A stretch of DNA of 64,000 nucleotides, taken from IMG/VR virus record IMGVR_UViG_3300029288_000003; one strand, written 5' to 3'. The notes below the pieces were generated by a model. It had not been told where the DNA came from and ran no database searches. It saw only the letters and a list, made by a program, of their open reading frames with translations. The translations under genes and the position numbers were made by a program. This DNA is from an uncultured virus (IMG/VR IMGVR_UViG_3300029288_000003). Taxonomy: Duplodnaviria; Heunggongvirae; Uroviricota; Caudoviricetes. Numbering within the stretch: the first letter of the stretch is position 1; each line of letters begins with the position of its first letter. This document shows, one piece after another, positions 15,739 to 27,200 of this stretch.

Positions 15739-18700
15739 ATGGCCGAAGAAATTGTCCAAAGGTTAGGATTTGAAACTGGGGATGCAATCTCCAATATTGA
15801 TCTTCTCAAGACGGCTCTTGAGGGGTTGAATACATCCTTATCTTCCTCAGCTAATGCAATCCGACTATTTAATACGGCGGGCGGTGGCCTAGATAAAGCA
15901 CTTGCAGACTTGACTGGTAAAGTTGACGCAATGGCGCAGAAAATTGAGACGGGTTTTAGTAATATTAAACCGCCACAAATTACATTTGATACCTCTGCGG
16001 CATTAAGTCAAATCAATCAATTAACGTCGGCATGGGGGCGTGTATCTAGTACGGCTCCTGCCGCCTTCAAACAACAATTTGCCAGTATGAAAGCATCGTT
16101 GGCAGATTATGTTGCTCAGAATAATTTATCAAGGGATCAGGTTATTCAAGCCTTTGCTGGAACGCTCTCAGGTAGTAGTCCAGCGATAAACGGCTTAAAG
16201 GGTAAAGTTGATGAATTGAAAAACACCTTTAATTCAGTTGCGAATGTTGCACAAACATCCACAACCAAAATTACTGGTTTCTTTGCACAATTAGGGCGTA
16301 TTATTGCCTTTCGTGCAATTATTTCGATGCTTAATGAATTGTCACAGGGGCTACAAGAAGGTGTACAATCAGCAGCGGACTTTTCTCTACGCCTTGGTCA
16401 GACTGAGGCGATTATGGATGATACAAGTCTATCATTAGGAAGGATACGAGAAGCCTTAATTGCAACATCCTCAGAATTTGCCCGTCCATTAGGTGAGACA
16501 ACTCTAGCTTTCTATCAAACATTACAGAACCAAGTCGGCGGGGCGGCTGATTCTATGTATGTGTTTCAACAGGCTGCTAAATTATCTGCCGCCAACGTGG
16601 CGCCATTAAATGATTCAGTAAACTTGTTGACTGCCGCCATTAAAGGGTGGAATCTTAATGTTCAGGAAGCGGGACATTTGTCTGGGATGTTTTTTGAGGC
16701 CATTAAGATTGGTCGAATGGAAGCATCTGATTTGGCGGATATTTTAGGACGTGTTGGCCCTACTGCTCGACAAATGGGTATTAGTGTCGAGGAGGCAATG
16801 GGTGCCGTCGCCATTATGACACAACAGGGTACGAAAGCAAATACAGCTATCACCCAATTAAACGCAGTTATGACAGCTTTAATCAAGCCAACAAAAGACT
16901 TAAAAGCTGTGATGCAAGAAAAATGGGGCGTTGAAAACGCTGAGCAAGCCATTGCTAAATTTGGCGGACTCATGGGTGTCTTGCGACAGTTAGAAGATTT
17001 AACTGGTGGCACATCCAATGAAATGGCAAAATTTACGCAAAACGTCAGGGCCATTCGTGCAGAAATGGGCTTGTTAGGCCCCAATGCTGATGCTGCTGAG
17101 GCGGCTATTGAACGGCTGAGAAATGCTACCGAAGAAACTGCTGACGCAGCGAGTCGGATGGTATTAGATACAGCCGGTGGTCAGTATAAGAAGTCTGTTG
17201 TTGATTTAGCTAATGCTTGGACACAACTTGGCGAGAAAATGACTGGCACATTTACTACGTTTAATCGGTTTAAAATTGCCTTAATAGATTGGGCATCTAG
17301 TGGTTCAGCACAGGTTCTTATTCTGGCGGCAGGAATTACTGGTCTTGTAATCGCATTACGAGCATACGCTGGTGCAATGGGCGTTGCTACTGTAGCAACT
17401 TTTAAATGGATTGCAGCTATGACGGTAGCCCATCCATTATTGGCTGCCTTTGCCATTGGTGCTGGTATTGGTTTAGCTATTTCATCTTTCATGGATCGAA
17501 GTGCCGATAAAATGAAAGAGTATTTCAATGATCTTGAAAAACGTACAAAAGATGCCACGGAAGTCACTAATAAAGAAATTCAAAAACAAACCAATGCTGT
17601 TACCGAAGGATATAAAGCTAGATTAAAAGAAGCCATTACAGCACTGTCAAAAATAAATCAATTATTACAGACGGAAGTTGATTCAGTAAAACGCTCGCAG
17701 GCTGCAATTATTGCTACTGTAAAACAACGATTTGATTCAATTCTAAATTTAGAACAGAATTACATATCAAAACTTGTTAGTGCGGAAGCTGAGGCTGCGC
17801 AAAAAATTGAAGCCATCAAGGCTGGCATTGAAAGCAAAAAGGGAGCAATTGCTGATAAGGAATTCAATAATAATCTTTCTCGATGGTCCCAAGAGCGACA
17901 ATGGCAACAGCAATTAACTCGTGGGGATGAATTACGCACTGAGGCGCTGATGAAATTATCAAAGGCGAAAACTCCCGAAGATTTAAAAGTTGTTGAAGAA
18001 TTGCTAGCACGGGCGCAATCATATTACGATAAGTCCGCAGCGGGTACTGATAATGACCGTCAGGCATACATGATCCGTCAAAAATCTATCCAGATTGATA
18101 AGGATCGTGTATCAATGGAAGAAAAAACACTTAAACTACTCGACGCTGAAAAGGGTAGTCGTGAAGGTCAAATTGGAAAAGCCCAGGAACTTCTTACAAC
18201 TACAACGGCATTGTTTAAAGCCTATGAAGAAGGTCTAAAGAAAATTTCAGCGGCTAAAACAGTCGAAGATATGAAGAAGGGGGCCGAAGAGGTCCAGAAA
18301 GCATGGCAAGGTTTACAAGAAGTAATTGCTCAACAATCACCACAAGCAAAAGATTTCTTGGGCCTTAGCAAAATTCATAATGAGATTGTAGCTCAATTAC
18401 AAAATCTTCCTGCAATGGATTTGAAAGTAAAAATTGACATGGAGGCTTTAAAAGCTCAACTTGAGGGGCCAATGGCAGCCGTATCAGCCGATATGCAGCG
18501 AATTATTGGTCCAAAGGGATGGGTTGATTTTGGAAATGCTGTAATGGAAGCCCGCATGAAATTGACAGAATTCATTACTCAAAATGCTGAGGCTTTAGCT
18601 AAAGCCAATGCAGCAGGTAAAGAATTACAAAATGAAATTGCTGAGGCGGCTAAAAAGATGCCAACTGGTGATACATTAGAACAGTATATCGCCAACTTGA

Positions 18701-19587
18701 AAAAATCTTTCCCAGAGTTAAAAGGTGCATTAAGTGAGTTACAAAATACCATCAACACGATGTTGCGGACTGATCCGACAAATGTTGAAGCATTCCGTCA
18801 AGCAATGTCAGAATATGGTAAAGCGCTTCATCAACTCAAAAAAGAAATGGGCGACATGCCTGATTTGAGTAAACTATTTCTCTTAAAGGAGGGCGCGGGT
18901 GGCTTTTTAAAGACACTAGATAAATTGGGTATTGATATTCGAGCCAAAATGGAAGAAATCAATAAGATGGACCCAATAAAACTCAGGATGGATAAAGCAA
19001 ATCTTGAAAATGATATAAAGACTATAGATAGTTTTATACAAGCATTGACAACTAAATTTACACAAGCTAGCGTTGAAGCATCAAAGATGCCTGTGGAATT
19101 GACTAAAACATCACAAGTTGCACCACAAATTGGTACGGCCTTTGATACTGGTGTAACACCAGCTATTGGTCGTGGTATTGCTGCTTGTAATCAACTTAAA
19201 CAAGCTGCCTTAGATGCTTTGGCTGCTATTCAATCAGCCGTTGCTGCTGCCAGTGCAGCCGCAGGAGCTATGCCAGCCGCTTATGGTGGGGTTATTCATA
19301 GAGCAGCAGGTGGTGGTGTACCTCGACGTTGGATTGATTCAATTCCAGCGATGTTAAGTCCTGGGGAAATGGTTATCAATGCTACAGCCGTAAAACAATT
19401 TTATCCTCAACTACAAGCAATAAACGCCGGTTCAAAACCAATATTTAAGGACCGTGGTGGTAAAGTAACGAATATAGGTGACATAAATGTCAATGTTAAA
19501 GGCGGTGATACATCTCAACAAACAATCCGAGAGATTGGTATGGGATTACGACGTGCTATTCAACGTAAGACATTAAAACTAGACTAA
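15739..19587 (+). CDS. Tail tape measure protein
   Basis: 1282 aa, Ala-rich helical; TP901-type core; C-terminal DSIPAMLSPGEMVINA motif. Confidence 0.9.
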   Translation: MAEEIVQRLGFETGDAISNIDLLKTALEGLNTSLSSSANAIRLFNTAGGGLDKALADLTGKVDAMAQKIETGFSNIKPPQITFDTSAALSQINQLTSAWGRVSSTAPAAFKQQFASMKASLADYVAQNNLSRDQVIQAFAGTLSGSSPAINGLKGKVDELKNTFNSVANVAQTSTTKITGFFAQLGRIIAFRAIISMLNELSQGLQEGVQSAADFSLRLGQTEAIMDDTSLSLGRIREALIATSSEFARPLGETTLAFYQTLQNQVGGAADSMYVFQQAAKLSAANVAPLNDSVNLLTAAIKGWNLNVQEAGHLSGMFFEAIKIGRMEASDLADILGRVGPTARQMGISVEEAMGAVAIMTQQGTKANTAITQLNAVMTALIKPTKDLKAVMQEKWGVENAEQAIAKFGGLMGVLRQLEDLTGGTSNEMAKFTQNVRAIRAEMGLLGPNADAAEAAIERLRNATEETADAASRMVLDTAGGQYKKSVVDLANAWTQLGEKMTGTFTTFNRFKIALIDWASSGSAQVLILAAGITGLVIALRAYAGAMGVATVATFKWIAAMTVAHPLLAAFAIGAGIGLAISSFMDRSADKMKEYFNDLEKRTKDATEVTNKEIQKQTNAVTEGYKARLKEAITALSKINQLLQTEVDSVKRSQAAIIATVKQRFDSILNLEQNYISKLVSAEAEAAQKIEAIKAGIESKKGAIADKEFNNNLSRWSQERQWQQQLTRGDELRTEALMKLSKAKTPEDLKVVEELLARAQSYYDKSAAGTDNDRQAYMIRQKSIQIDKDRVSMEEKTLKLLDAEKGSREGQIGKAQELLTTTTALFKAYEEGLKKISAAKTVEDMKKGAEEVQKAWQGLQEVIAQQSPQAKDFLGLSKIHNEIVAQLQNLPAMDLKVKIDMEALKAQLEGPMAAVSADMQRIIGPKGWVDFGNAVMEARMKLTEFITQNAEALAKANAAGKELQNEIAEAAKKMPTGDTLEQYIANLKKSFPELKGALSELQNTINTMLRTDPTNVEAFRQAMSEYGKALHQLKKEMGDMPDLSKLFLLKEGAGGFLKTLDKLGIDIRAKMEEINKMDPIKLRMDKANLENDIKTIDSFIQALTTKFTQASVEASKMPVELTKTSQVAPQIGTAFDTGVTPAIGRGIAACNQLKQAALDALAAIQSAVAAASAAAGAMPAAYGGVIHRAAGGGVPRRWIDSIPAMLSPGEMVINATAVKQFYPQLQAINAGSKPIFKDRGGKVTNIGDINVNVKGGDTSQQTIREIGMGLRRAIQRKTLKLD

Positions 19588-19691
19588 AGTATAGGTGCCT
19601 TTTATATCCGCCCCGGAAATATGCGGATTCCGGCGTGAAACAAGTGGCACCGATGTTTTGTGACGAAATCCGCAACAAAAGAGGTTTTACT

Positions 19692-20186
19692 ATGATCGAC
19701 AAAGCAAAGTTTTTTGGTTTGTTCGTGGCTGAACACCGGGATGCGAAGGGCAAGTTGCTTGGTATTTATCGGGCACCCAATGCTATCGTGACTGAGGGTG
19801 TTCATCACATGATGGAGTGCGAGTTCCGAAGTGGCTCGCAGTCAGCAACTTGGTACATTGGATTAGTTGATAACACAGGTTGGACCGCTTGGTCTGCAAC
19901 AGATACGATGGCATCACATGCTGGTTGGACGGAATCTGTTGTTTATTCTAATGCAAATCGTCCACAGTGGACGTGCGGGGCTGCTACTTCACGTACTATC
20001 ACTAATTCAAGTACAGTAGATTTTACGATTAACAACTCTGCGACACTCAAGGGGCTATTCATCACGAATAACAATACCAAGAGTGGTACAACAGGTACAA
20101 TGTGGTCGGAAGCTGCATTTAGTTCAACGGTTACTGTAGCGAATGGAGACACGCTTAAAGTGACTTATACTTTAAGCGTACCGTAA
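19692..20186 (+). CDS. Virion structural protein (fibre/tail subunit)
   Basis: Thr/Ser/Asn-rich beta protein, PNAIVTEG...WYIGL...NGDTLKVTYT; followed by a hairpin. Confidence 0.55.
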   Translation: MIDKAKFFGLFVAEHRDAKGKLLGIYRAPNAIVTEGVHHMMECEFRSGSQSATWYIGLVDNTGWTAWSATDTMASHAGWTESVVYSNANRPQWTCGAATSRTITNSSTVDFTINNSATLKGLFITNNNTKSGTTGTMWSEAAFSSTVTVANGDTLKVTYTLSVP

Positions 20187-20201
20187 TCTCTCTCTCGCTT
20201 G

Positions 20202-20236
20202 CCGGGCGCATCACTGCGCCCGGTGAGCTTCTTAAT
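20202..20236 (+). terminator. Stem-loop / probable terminator
   Basis: CCGGGCGCA-tcac-TGCGCCCGG followed by a pyrimidine-rich run. Confidence 0.55.
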
Positions 20237-20250
20237 TTGGAGAATTTAAT

Positions 20251-21288
20251 ATGGCTGTAGTTTGGATTGATGGATTTGATAATTATGGAACTTCGGGAGT
20301 TCCGTCGCCAACAAATATTGTTGCGCGCAGATATGCTATTACGGCTCTTGAATCAAATATGCTGATTCGGGATGGACGTTTTGGCGAGTATGGAATTGTT
20401 TTAAATAACAACCCAACTTGCTATATTTCACCTGGGCCACTAACAACAAATGCTACCTTAATTGTTGGCTTTGCCTTTAAGTTTCCTTCGCTACCGTGGG
20501 CCAGTGGTCGTGAATTTTTATCTTTTTACGATGGCACTACTTTAGGTATAAATGTTAAAACGGCTGCCGATGGACAGTTTTCTATTTATTTGGGAACGTC
20601 TCTAGTTGCAACATCAACTTCGGCAGCGATTGTCGCGGATACTTGGTATTATTTTGAACTTAAAGTAGTATGTAATACTTATACAGGTAGTTATGAACTA
20701 CGAATTAGCGACACTCCAATATTAAGTGCAACAAACCAAAACACTAAAAACGGTTCACATGACTATCATACTACTTTTAGATTATATGGTACAACCTGGG
20801 TTGAAGCGTATGGTCCAAGATATGATGATCTTTATGCATGCGACGGATCGGGAGCAACAAATAATGATTTCTTAGGAAATGTTCGCGTTTCAACTCTACG
20901 GCCAGATGGAGCCGGTGATTCAACACAATTTACTCCCAGTGCTGGGGATAATTATACATGCGTTGATGAAGTAACAGTTAATGATAACACCGATTATGTT
21001 TCAGATGGTACATCTGGTCATACTGATCTTTACACATATAGTGATACAACTTTATCGGGAATTAAAGCTATTGCAATCTGTACGGATTGTCGGGAAACAG
21101 ACGCTAAAACTATGAATATTCACAATGTTTGTAAATCAGGTGGAACGCAAGATGATGGAAGTTCTGTGATAATTGGTTCCTGTAATTTTGTTCAAAAACA
21201 ACGTATTTTAGAAACAGACCCGAATACATCGGGTCAATGGCAGGCAGCGAATTTAAATTCAGCACAGTTCGGCGTCAAAATAGCATAG
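20251..21288 (+). CDS. Tail-associated beta-sandwich (lectin/LamG-like) protein, paralog 1
   Basis: MAVVWIDGFDNYG; WYYFELKV; DDLY..D; clearly similar to the next gene over its full length. Confidence 0.6.
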   Translation: MAVVWIDGFDNYGTSGVPSPTNIVARRYAITALESNMLIRDGRFGEYGIVLNNNPTCYISPGPLTTNATLIVGFAFKFPSLPWASGREFLSFYDGTTLGINVKTAADGQFSIYLGTSLVATSTSAAIVADTWYYFELKVVCNTYTGSYELRISDTPILSATNQNTKNGSHDYHTTFRLYGTTWVEAYGPRYDDLYACDGSGATNNDFLGNVRVSTLRPDGAGDSTQFTPSAGDNYTCVDEVTVNDNTDYVSDGTSGHTDLYTYSDTTLSGIKAIAICTDCRETDAKTMNIHNVCKSGGTQDDGSSVIIGSCNFVQKQRILETDPNTSGQWQAANLNSAQFGVKIA

Positions 21289-21299
21289 GGGTAAATATA

Positions 21300-22328
21300 A
21301 TGGCACTATTATGGATAGATGGTTTTGATAATTATGGGTCTACTATTGATAGTGGTATTTCACCTTCGGGTGTATTAGGCCGAAAATACTCAATTACCCA
21401 AAATACAAATAACTTTAGAATTCGAGCCGGACGAATAAATGGCTACTCGCTGGATTTAAATTATGATACCTCATTCATACACAAAAATTCATTAACTACA
21501 GTAGATACAGTTGTTGTTGGATTTGCATTTAGTTTCGCGTCATATTCTTGGCCTGGGTATGCTTTTTTTACACTTTATGATGGCGCTACAGTAGGTATCA
21601 ATTTAAAACATACCGTCAATGGTGCAATACAAGTTTGTCGTGGTGGTACAGTATTAGGTACAACTGCGGATTATATTATTACTCCAGGTATATGGAAATA
21701 CTTGGAATTAAAAATTAAATGCCACTCATCAACCGGCACGTATGAATTGCGTATAAATGGTGTCAATGTACTTAGTGGAACTGGTGCTAACACCAAAGCT
21801 GGAACGCATGATTACCACGATGGATTTCGTCTAACCGGAATAGATGATGATCTACCAAAGGTCGATGATTTTTATTTTCTTGATACATCTGGGGCGACGA
21901 ACAACGATTTCTTAGGAAATATCCGCGTTGAAACAATACGACCTGATGCGAATGGTGATTCTACACAATTTACACCAAGTTCTGGCAATAATTACGCTTG
22001 TGTGGATGAAACTGTTGTAAATGATGATACGGATTATGTTGAAGATAGCACATCTGGGCATCAAGATTTATATGGTTATTCTGCTACAACTTTAACAACA
22101 ATCAAAGGTCTTATGATTTGCACAGATTGCCGAGATACTGATGTTACAGACTATAATCTAAAAACCTCATGTAAATCGGGCGCGACAGATAGTGATGATG
22201 CTGGGCAATCTGTTGGTTCAACAAGTTTTGTGACATTAAAACGTATTTTAGAAACCGATCCAAATACATCCTCTGCCTGGACACAGACAGATTTAAATGC
22301 CGCCCAATTCGGTGTCAAAGTTGGTTAG
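21300..22328 (+). CDS. Tail-associated beta-sandwich (lectin/LamG-like) protein, paralog 2
   Basis: MALLWIDGFDNYG; shares SGATNNDFLGN, GDSTQFTPS, KRILETDPNTS and AQFGVK with paralog 1. Confidence 0.6.
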   Translation: MALLWIDGFDNYGSTIDSGISPSGVLGRKYSITQNTNNFRIRAGRINGYSLDLNYDTSFIHKNSLTTVDTVVVGFAFSFASYSWPGYAFFTLYDGATVGINLKHTVNGAIQVCRGGTVLGTTADYIITPGIWKYLELKIKCHSSTGTYELRINGVNVLSGTGANTKAGTHDYHDGFRLTGIDDDLPKVDDFYFLDTSGATNNDFLGNIRVETIRPDANGDSTQFTPSSGNNYACVDETVVNDDTDYVEDSTSGHQDLYGYSATTLTTIKGLMICTDCRDTDVTDYNLKTSCKSGATDSDDAGQSVGSTSFVTLKRILETDPNTSSAWTQTDLNAAQFGVKVG

Positions 22329-22346
22329 CGACGTTGGGGAGAGAAT

Positions 22347-23846
22347 ATGTCGCTTCGTATAACTCGACAATATTATGATGCGTTGGGTCTTGGTGACAGT
22401 AAACTGCGCACTACGCGCCAGTATATTGATACTTTAGGCCAAGGCGATGGAGCCGCTCTAGTTAGTCGGCAATTTGTTGCTACTATTGGGAGTGATGTAG
22501 GCGAGGCGCGCGTTAGTCGGCAATATGTTGAAGTTTTAACTTCACTGACACCAGATTATTATGCTACATCGGATGATTTAACTTTTAATGAGACTGCTGA
22601 TGGTGTTGTTAATCATATTGTTACAGATTCTCTTATTTTTAATGATTATGCTACTACTCCATTTTTTCAAACAGTTAATGATACATTAGTATTATTTGAT
22701 TGGCCCTATCGTGTTCGTTATGGTGCAACTGCTGATGAACTTGAATTTATTGATAATACTTGGGTCTTTAATATAATTCAAGATTTTTGGCCGACGGGTG
22801 ATTTTTTAACTTTCGATGAACTTGTAGATGTTGAATGTGGAAACTGGAAATTTATACCACAGACACTAACATTTACTGAGACAATTGAATGGCATGGACC
22901 ACATTATGTCGAAATTGCACACTATATTAGTTTCCAGGAAATTTTTTGGAATAATAATAATTGGCGGCGAACTGTTAATGATATACTGACATTAACACAA
23001 TTTGCTGGCAGGCCGATTTCCCTAACTATTAGTGATAATCTTGTATTTGCAGAAGATGGCCGACGACGTATTGATGCCGTCGATTCACTTATATTTAATG
23101 AATTAGTATTACAAGGAAAGGGAGCGCCCGTTACAGAGTTGCTTGAATTTGAACAAGAGGTTGATGTAAAAGGTAGTTTTATTCGAGTGGTCGCAGAGAA
23201 CCTAAATTTAGGTCAGGCTGTGGCCTATTATTATATTACCCCATGTGTTGATAAGCAATATCGTCCATTTGTAGGCGAATCAGATGTTCTCCTACAGCCA
23301 ACAGCCCCAGATATTAACCCTCCCGTTGTACAAGGTCTTCCTGCAAATGCAAGATTTCAGTTAATTTACCCAGCAGCCGGTGGTGAGACGGACTCTATGA
23401 CATTGCGGGCACCTGAACTCGATTCACGGGATAGAAGCGCTTTTACTAGAGTTAATCGTGAAACTCGTGGTGGCCGACTTGTTGTTTATGCTGATCCAAT
23501 TTGGCCCAAAGTAACAACGATAGCATGTACTTTTGTTGGTTTAACAAAAACCGAAATGCTGACACTACAAGAATTTGTTTTGTCACATATAGGCGAAGAA
23601 ATTAAGGTTGTAGATTGGGAGGGTCGGGGATGGAGGGGTGTAGTAATTAAACCTAATGATCCTGCCACTTGCGATGGAAAAGATCGGTGGAGTATTGGAT
23701 TTGAATTTGAAGGTTCACGTATAACAGATTACGACTCTGGTTTATCGTTGATATTTAGCGATACCGCGAGTAATATCGTATTACGACGACCAGTAATAAC
23801 CGATTCCCTTATCTTTAATCAAGAAGCTACATATCAGGTGAACTAA
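22347..23846 (+). CDS. Tail protein: 4 RQY repeats, D-x-L-x-F repeat array, distal-tail-like C-terminal domain
   Basis: Repeats visible in the translation; C-terminal domain resembles the 23846 protein. Confidence 0.6.
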   Translation: MSLRITRQYYDALGLGDSKLRTTRQYIDTLGQGDGAALVSRQFVATIGSDVGEARVSRQYVEVLTSLTPDYYATSDDLTFNETADGVVNHIVTDSLIFNDYATTPFFQTVNDTLVLFDWPYRVRYGATADELEFIDNTWVFNIIQDFWPTGDFLTFDELVDVECGNWKFIPQTLTFTETIEWHGPHYVEIAHYISFQEIFWNNNNWRRTVNDILTLTQFAGRPISLTISDNLVFAEDGRRRIDAVDSLIFNELVLQGKGAPVTELLEFEQEVDVKGSFIRVVAENLNLGQAVAYYYITPCVDKQYRPFVGESDVLLQPTAPDINPPVVQGLPANARFQLIYPAAGGETDSMTLRAPELDSRDRSAFTRVNRETRGGRLVVYADPIWPKVTTIACTFVGLTKTEMLTLQEFVLSHIGEEIKVVDWEGRGWRGVVIKPNDPATCDGKDRWSIGFEFEGSRITDYDSGLSLIFSDTASNIVLRRPVITDSLIFNQEATYQVN

Positions 23847-24229
23847 TGTTTATTTTAGAGGGGCCATATCCGGCTATACAAACAACAACTATTCTCCCCA
23901 GCCCTGATTGGGGAGATATAAACGAACCTACAGCCATTGTAAAGGCATTGCGGGCAATGGATGGGACATTATATACTTATACCCAATCTAAAAATAATCG
24001 TCGAAAATGTCATTGGGATTTTAAGTTGTCTCGTGATAAAGCCCTTGAATTGAAAGCCTTTATTACGAGTTATTATCGTACACAAATTAGAATCGTAGAT
24101 CACGATTCAGTTGTTTGGATTGGTTACTTACAAAACAATCCATTTGAATTAACTGGATCAGATCGCGCCCCATCCTTTCCTGGCGGGGAAATGATGGATA
24201 TTTCGCTGGATTTTGAGGAGAGTGAATAA
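23846..24229 (+). CDS. Distal tail (Dit-like) protein
   Basis: 127 aa just before the tail tip; RAMDGTLYTY motif. Confidence 0.45.
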   Translation: MFILEGPYPAIQTTTILPSPDWGDINEPTAIVKALRAMDGTLYTYTQSKNNRRKCHWDFKLSRDKALELKAFITSYYRTQIRIVDHDSVVWIGYLQNNPFELTGSDRAPSFPGGEMMDISLDFEESE

Positions 24230-27200
24230 TGCGAACAGTACCAGGGGGAGCGCTGGCATATCTTCAAAAACAATATGGAACTGAACCAACTTTTATTGTT
24301 GAAGTGGCTTGGTCAGGGGATACCACAAAACGAATTGCATACTCCGATCAAAAAATTGAAGACGCTGATTATCCAAATCCTACATTGCTCAGTATTGATA
24401 ATTTTGATACGAGTCTTCAATTAAAGGGGGCCAGCGACTCACAAAATACTACTATTACATTAGATGATGTTGACGGTCATTTGCGTGAACTTTTAAACAT
24501 CCATGACATTCAAAAAGCCCCAGTATGGATTTATCAATCATTTAAAGGTCTTCCATATAGTGAAAAATTCTTATTATTTAGAGGAGAGATTGTAAGTCCA
24601 GTAGTTTGGAGTGAGGGTGATCGTACCTTACAATTTGATGTATTAACAAAGACAACCGATACCGAAGTTGCTTTTTCAATGGAGGAGGGTGACTTTCCAA
24701 ATGTACCAGAAGATGCATTAGGTAAAGTTTGGCCGTTAATATTCGGAACAGTCTGTAATATGCAAGCTGTACCTGTTCGGTCTCCTCGCAAAGGATACCT
24801 AATGAAAGGTGAAGGTATCCATGATTTTACGATTGAACCAAGAATCTGCCAAGCACATTTTCTACAGTGTCGTAGTGTAGTAATTGATTCGCGTGAAATT
24901 CCTAATCCAAACTATAAGGCTCCACAGGAATGCCACCCTGGTTGGTATTGTAGTGGCGATATTTGGCGTGGTTATACTTGTACAAACGTGCAATGCGATT
25001 CTACAGGATCACAAGATACACAAACTGAGCCAGAAACAATTACTCAAGAAACATGGGGTCCAGACCCAAACTGTATTGAAGATAGGTTTGCAACAATTTG
25101 TGAACTGGAAGATTTATTAGAGCAGCAAAAAGCCTATGAGCATACCAATCTGACAATCAAGGGCGGAGACAAATTTCCTCAAGGAAGAGTAGTCACCATT
25201 GATATTGAAGGCGCAAAATTCATAGGTATTTTTTACGGTGAAACCTTTGCAGTTATCGACCGTAAACATCCTGATTGGGACACAACTGAACACAAACTTT
25301 GTCATGCTGTTAGTACAATTTATAGCGGCCACTATGAAATGGTACACTGGAACTCCACATGGGTTCTAGCTACGGATAATCAAACATGGTACGTTCCTCA
25401 ACAATATCACGCATCTGAAACTTGTACAGAGCAACCGACCTGGGTTTCAGTAGCAATGGATGGGGCTGAATTATCGCAGCGGGAATTTGATAACATGCCA
25501 ACTGGTAATTTTTGCTGGTTGCCTGCTGGGTCAGAAGTTTTCTTAGAATCTGACCCCGATAATCCAGTTCATATCTTAGCCGAAGCTACTGAAACAGAAG
25601 TTTTGTATATTGTAAGTTTAATACCTGGAACAGTGAATAGTGTCGCCGCCTATAAAAAACAACAGACAACGGGGCGAGATTTATTGATGACCGTCCCCTC
25701 CAATCTATATGTTGTCTATGAAACAGACTACATTGGTTATACTGTTACAGAAATTGGTTTTGCAGTGCCATTGAGTCGCGTTGATGATTCATGGAGCGAT
25801 GATATTTATGTGTCATTCACATCTGATGTGGGGCCAAATCCAGTTGACATTATTGACTGGCTGCTAACCAAGTATACAAATTTAACATTTGATGCTACGT
25901 CAAAAGCCCATGTAAAAACTCGTCTGACTAACTATCCTAATAATTTCTGGGTCAAGGAAAAACTTAATGTTTTTCAATTGATCCAGGATATTGCATACCA
26001 ATCTAGGTGCGCTTTATATATTCGTGATGATGTCGTGTTTATTGTGTACCTAGCAGAAGAACCGACTTCGCTTAGAACATTAACTGAATCGGATATTATT
26101 GCCAATTCATTTAATATCAAATTAAGTGATTCTAGTGATCTAGTTACAAAATATGTTGCAACATGGAAAGAAACAGAAGCAGGTGTTGTTGCAACAGATA
26201 CTACCGATAATAAATTAGTCCTAAAATACAATGTAAATAAGTACGGTATTATGGAAGATAGTACCGATTACTACACTCAAAATACATTCAGTACAATTCT
26301 AAAGTCAGCAACATTTTGGCTCATAAGACTGTCAAATACGTGGAAACAGGTTGAATTTGATGCGCCTCTAACTATGTTGGATTTAGATTTATTTGATTGC
26401 ATAACATTAGAAGTTGGACAGCTATCATCAACACCTGTCAAATCAATTATTACAAGCATCCAATATGACAATGACAATAATACTATACATTTTGAATGTT
26501 TAACACCTATCAGATCAGGCGAAACTGAACAATATAAATTTTTCTGGCCTGCTGATATTGATCCAGCGAGTTTATTCCCGCCTACTCAAGAAGAAATAAA
26601 TGCAGGAGCAGGGTATCCATTTATCATAACTCCACCAATTGGACATATTTTACGTGGTGGCGATGTTGTATTAGATGATGAAACTCATGTAATCTTATCC
26701 GCAGGCGACCAATACCCATCAGACCTTGATGATACTTTTCCAAGTATTACTTGTAAGATTTCTGATGTTATGGATATTGTTGAACCGGAGCCTGAGATTG
26801 TTGCCTTAGAATTGGCTAGAAAAGCGTTCCAAGCAACAAGAAGTAATTATCAACCTCCACCGTATGGTAGCGCTGGTGCCGGTCAAGGGAAGCCTGATTG
26901 TGAAGAATGTGGTCTTGATTGTAACTCGCATACTAATGTTTGTACTTGGCAAGTTTCTGTGACTACGATTATTCCATTCTTGAGTCGAGGTTGTGGTCAG
27001 ATGTTTTGTCAATGGGGTGGCAGCGGTCAACCTTGTACAGGCATTGTTAAAACTTGCTGCTATTCATTTGGTAGTTATCAAGATGCTTTGAATTTCCGTG
27101 CTGGACAATTAAATAATGCAGCAGCCGGTATAACTCGATGCGATGATGGATCAACTATTAACACAAGTAATATTACTAGCGTATCACAACCACAGGTTCA

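Noticed and set aside
19594..19651. Pseudoknot upstream of the 19692 gene
   Set aside because: ATCCGC/GCGGAT and CCGGAA/TTCCGG overlap and cannot both form fully; some leader structure is plausible (GGTGCC/GGCACC) but no specific call is supportable.
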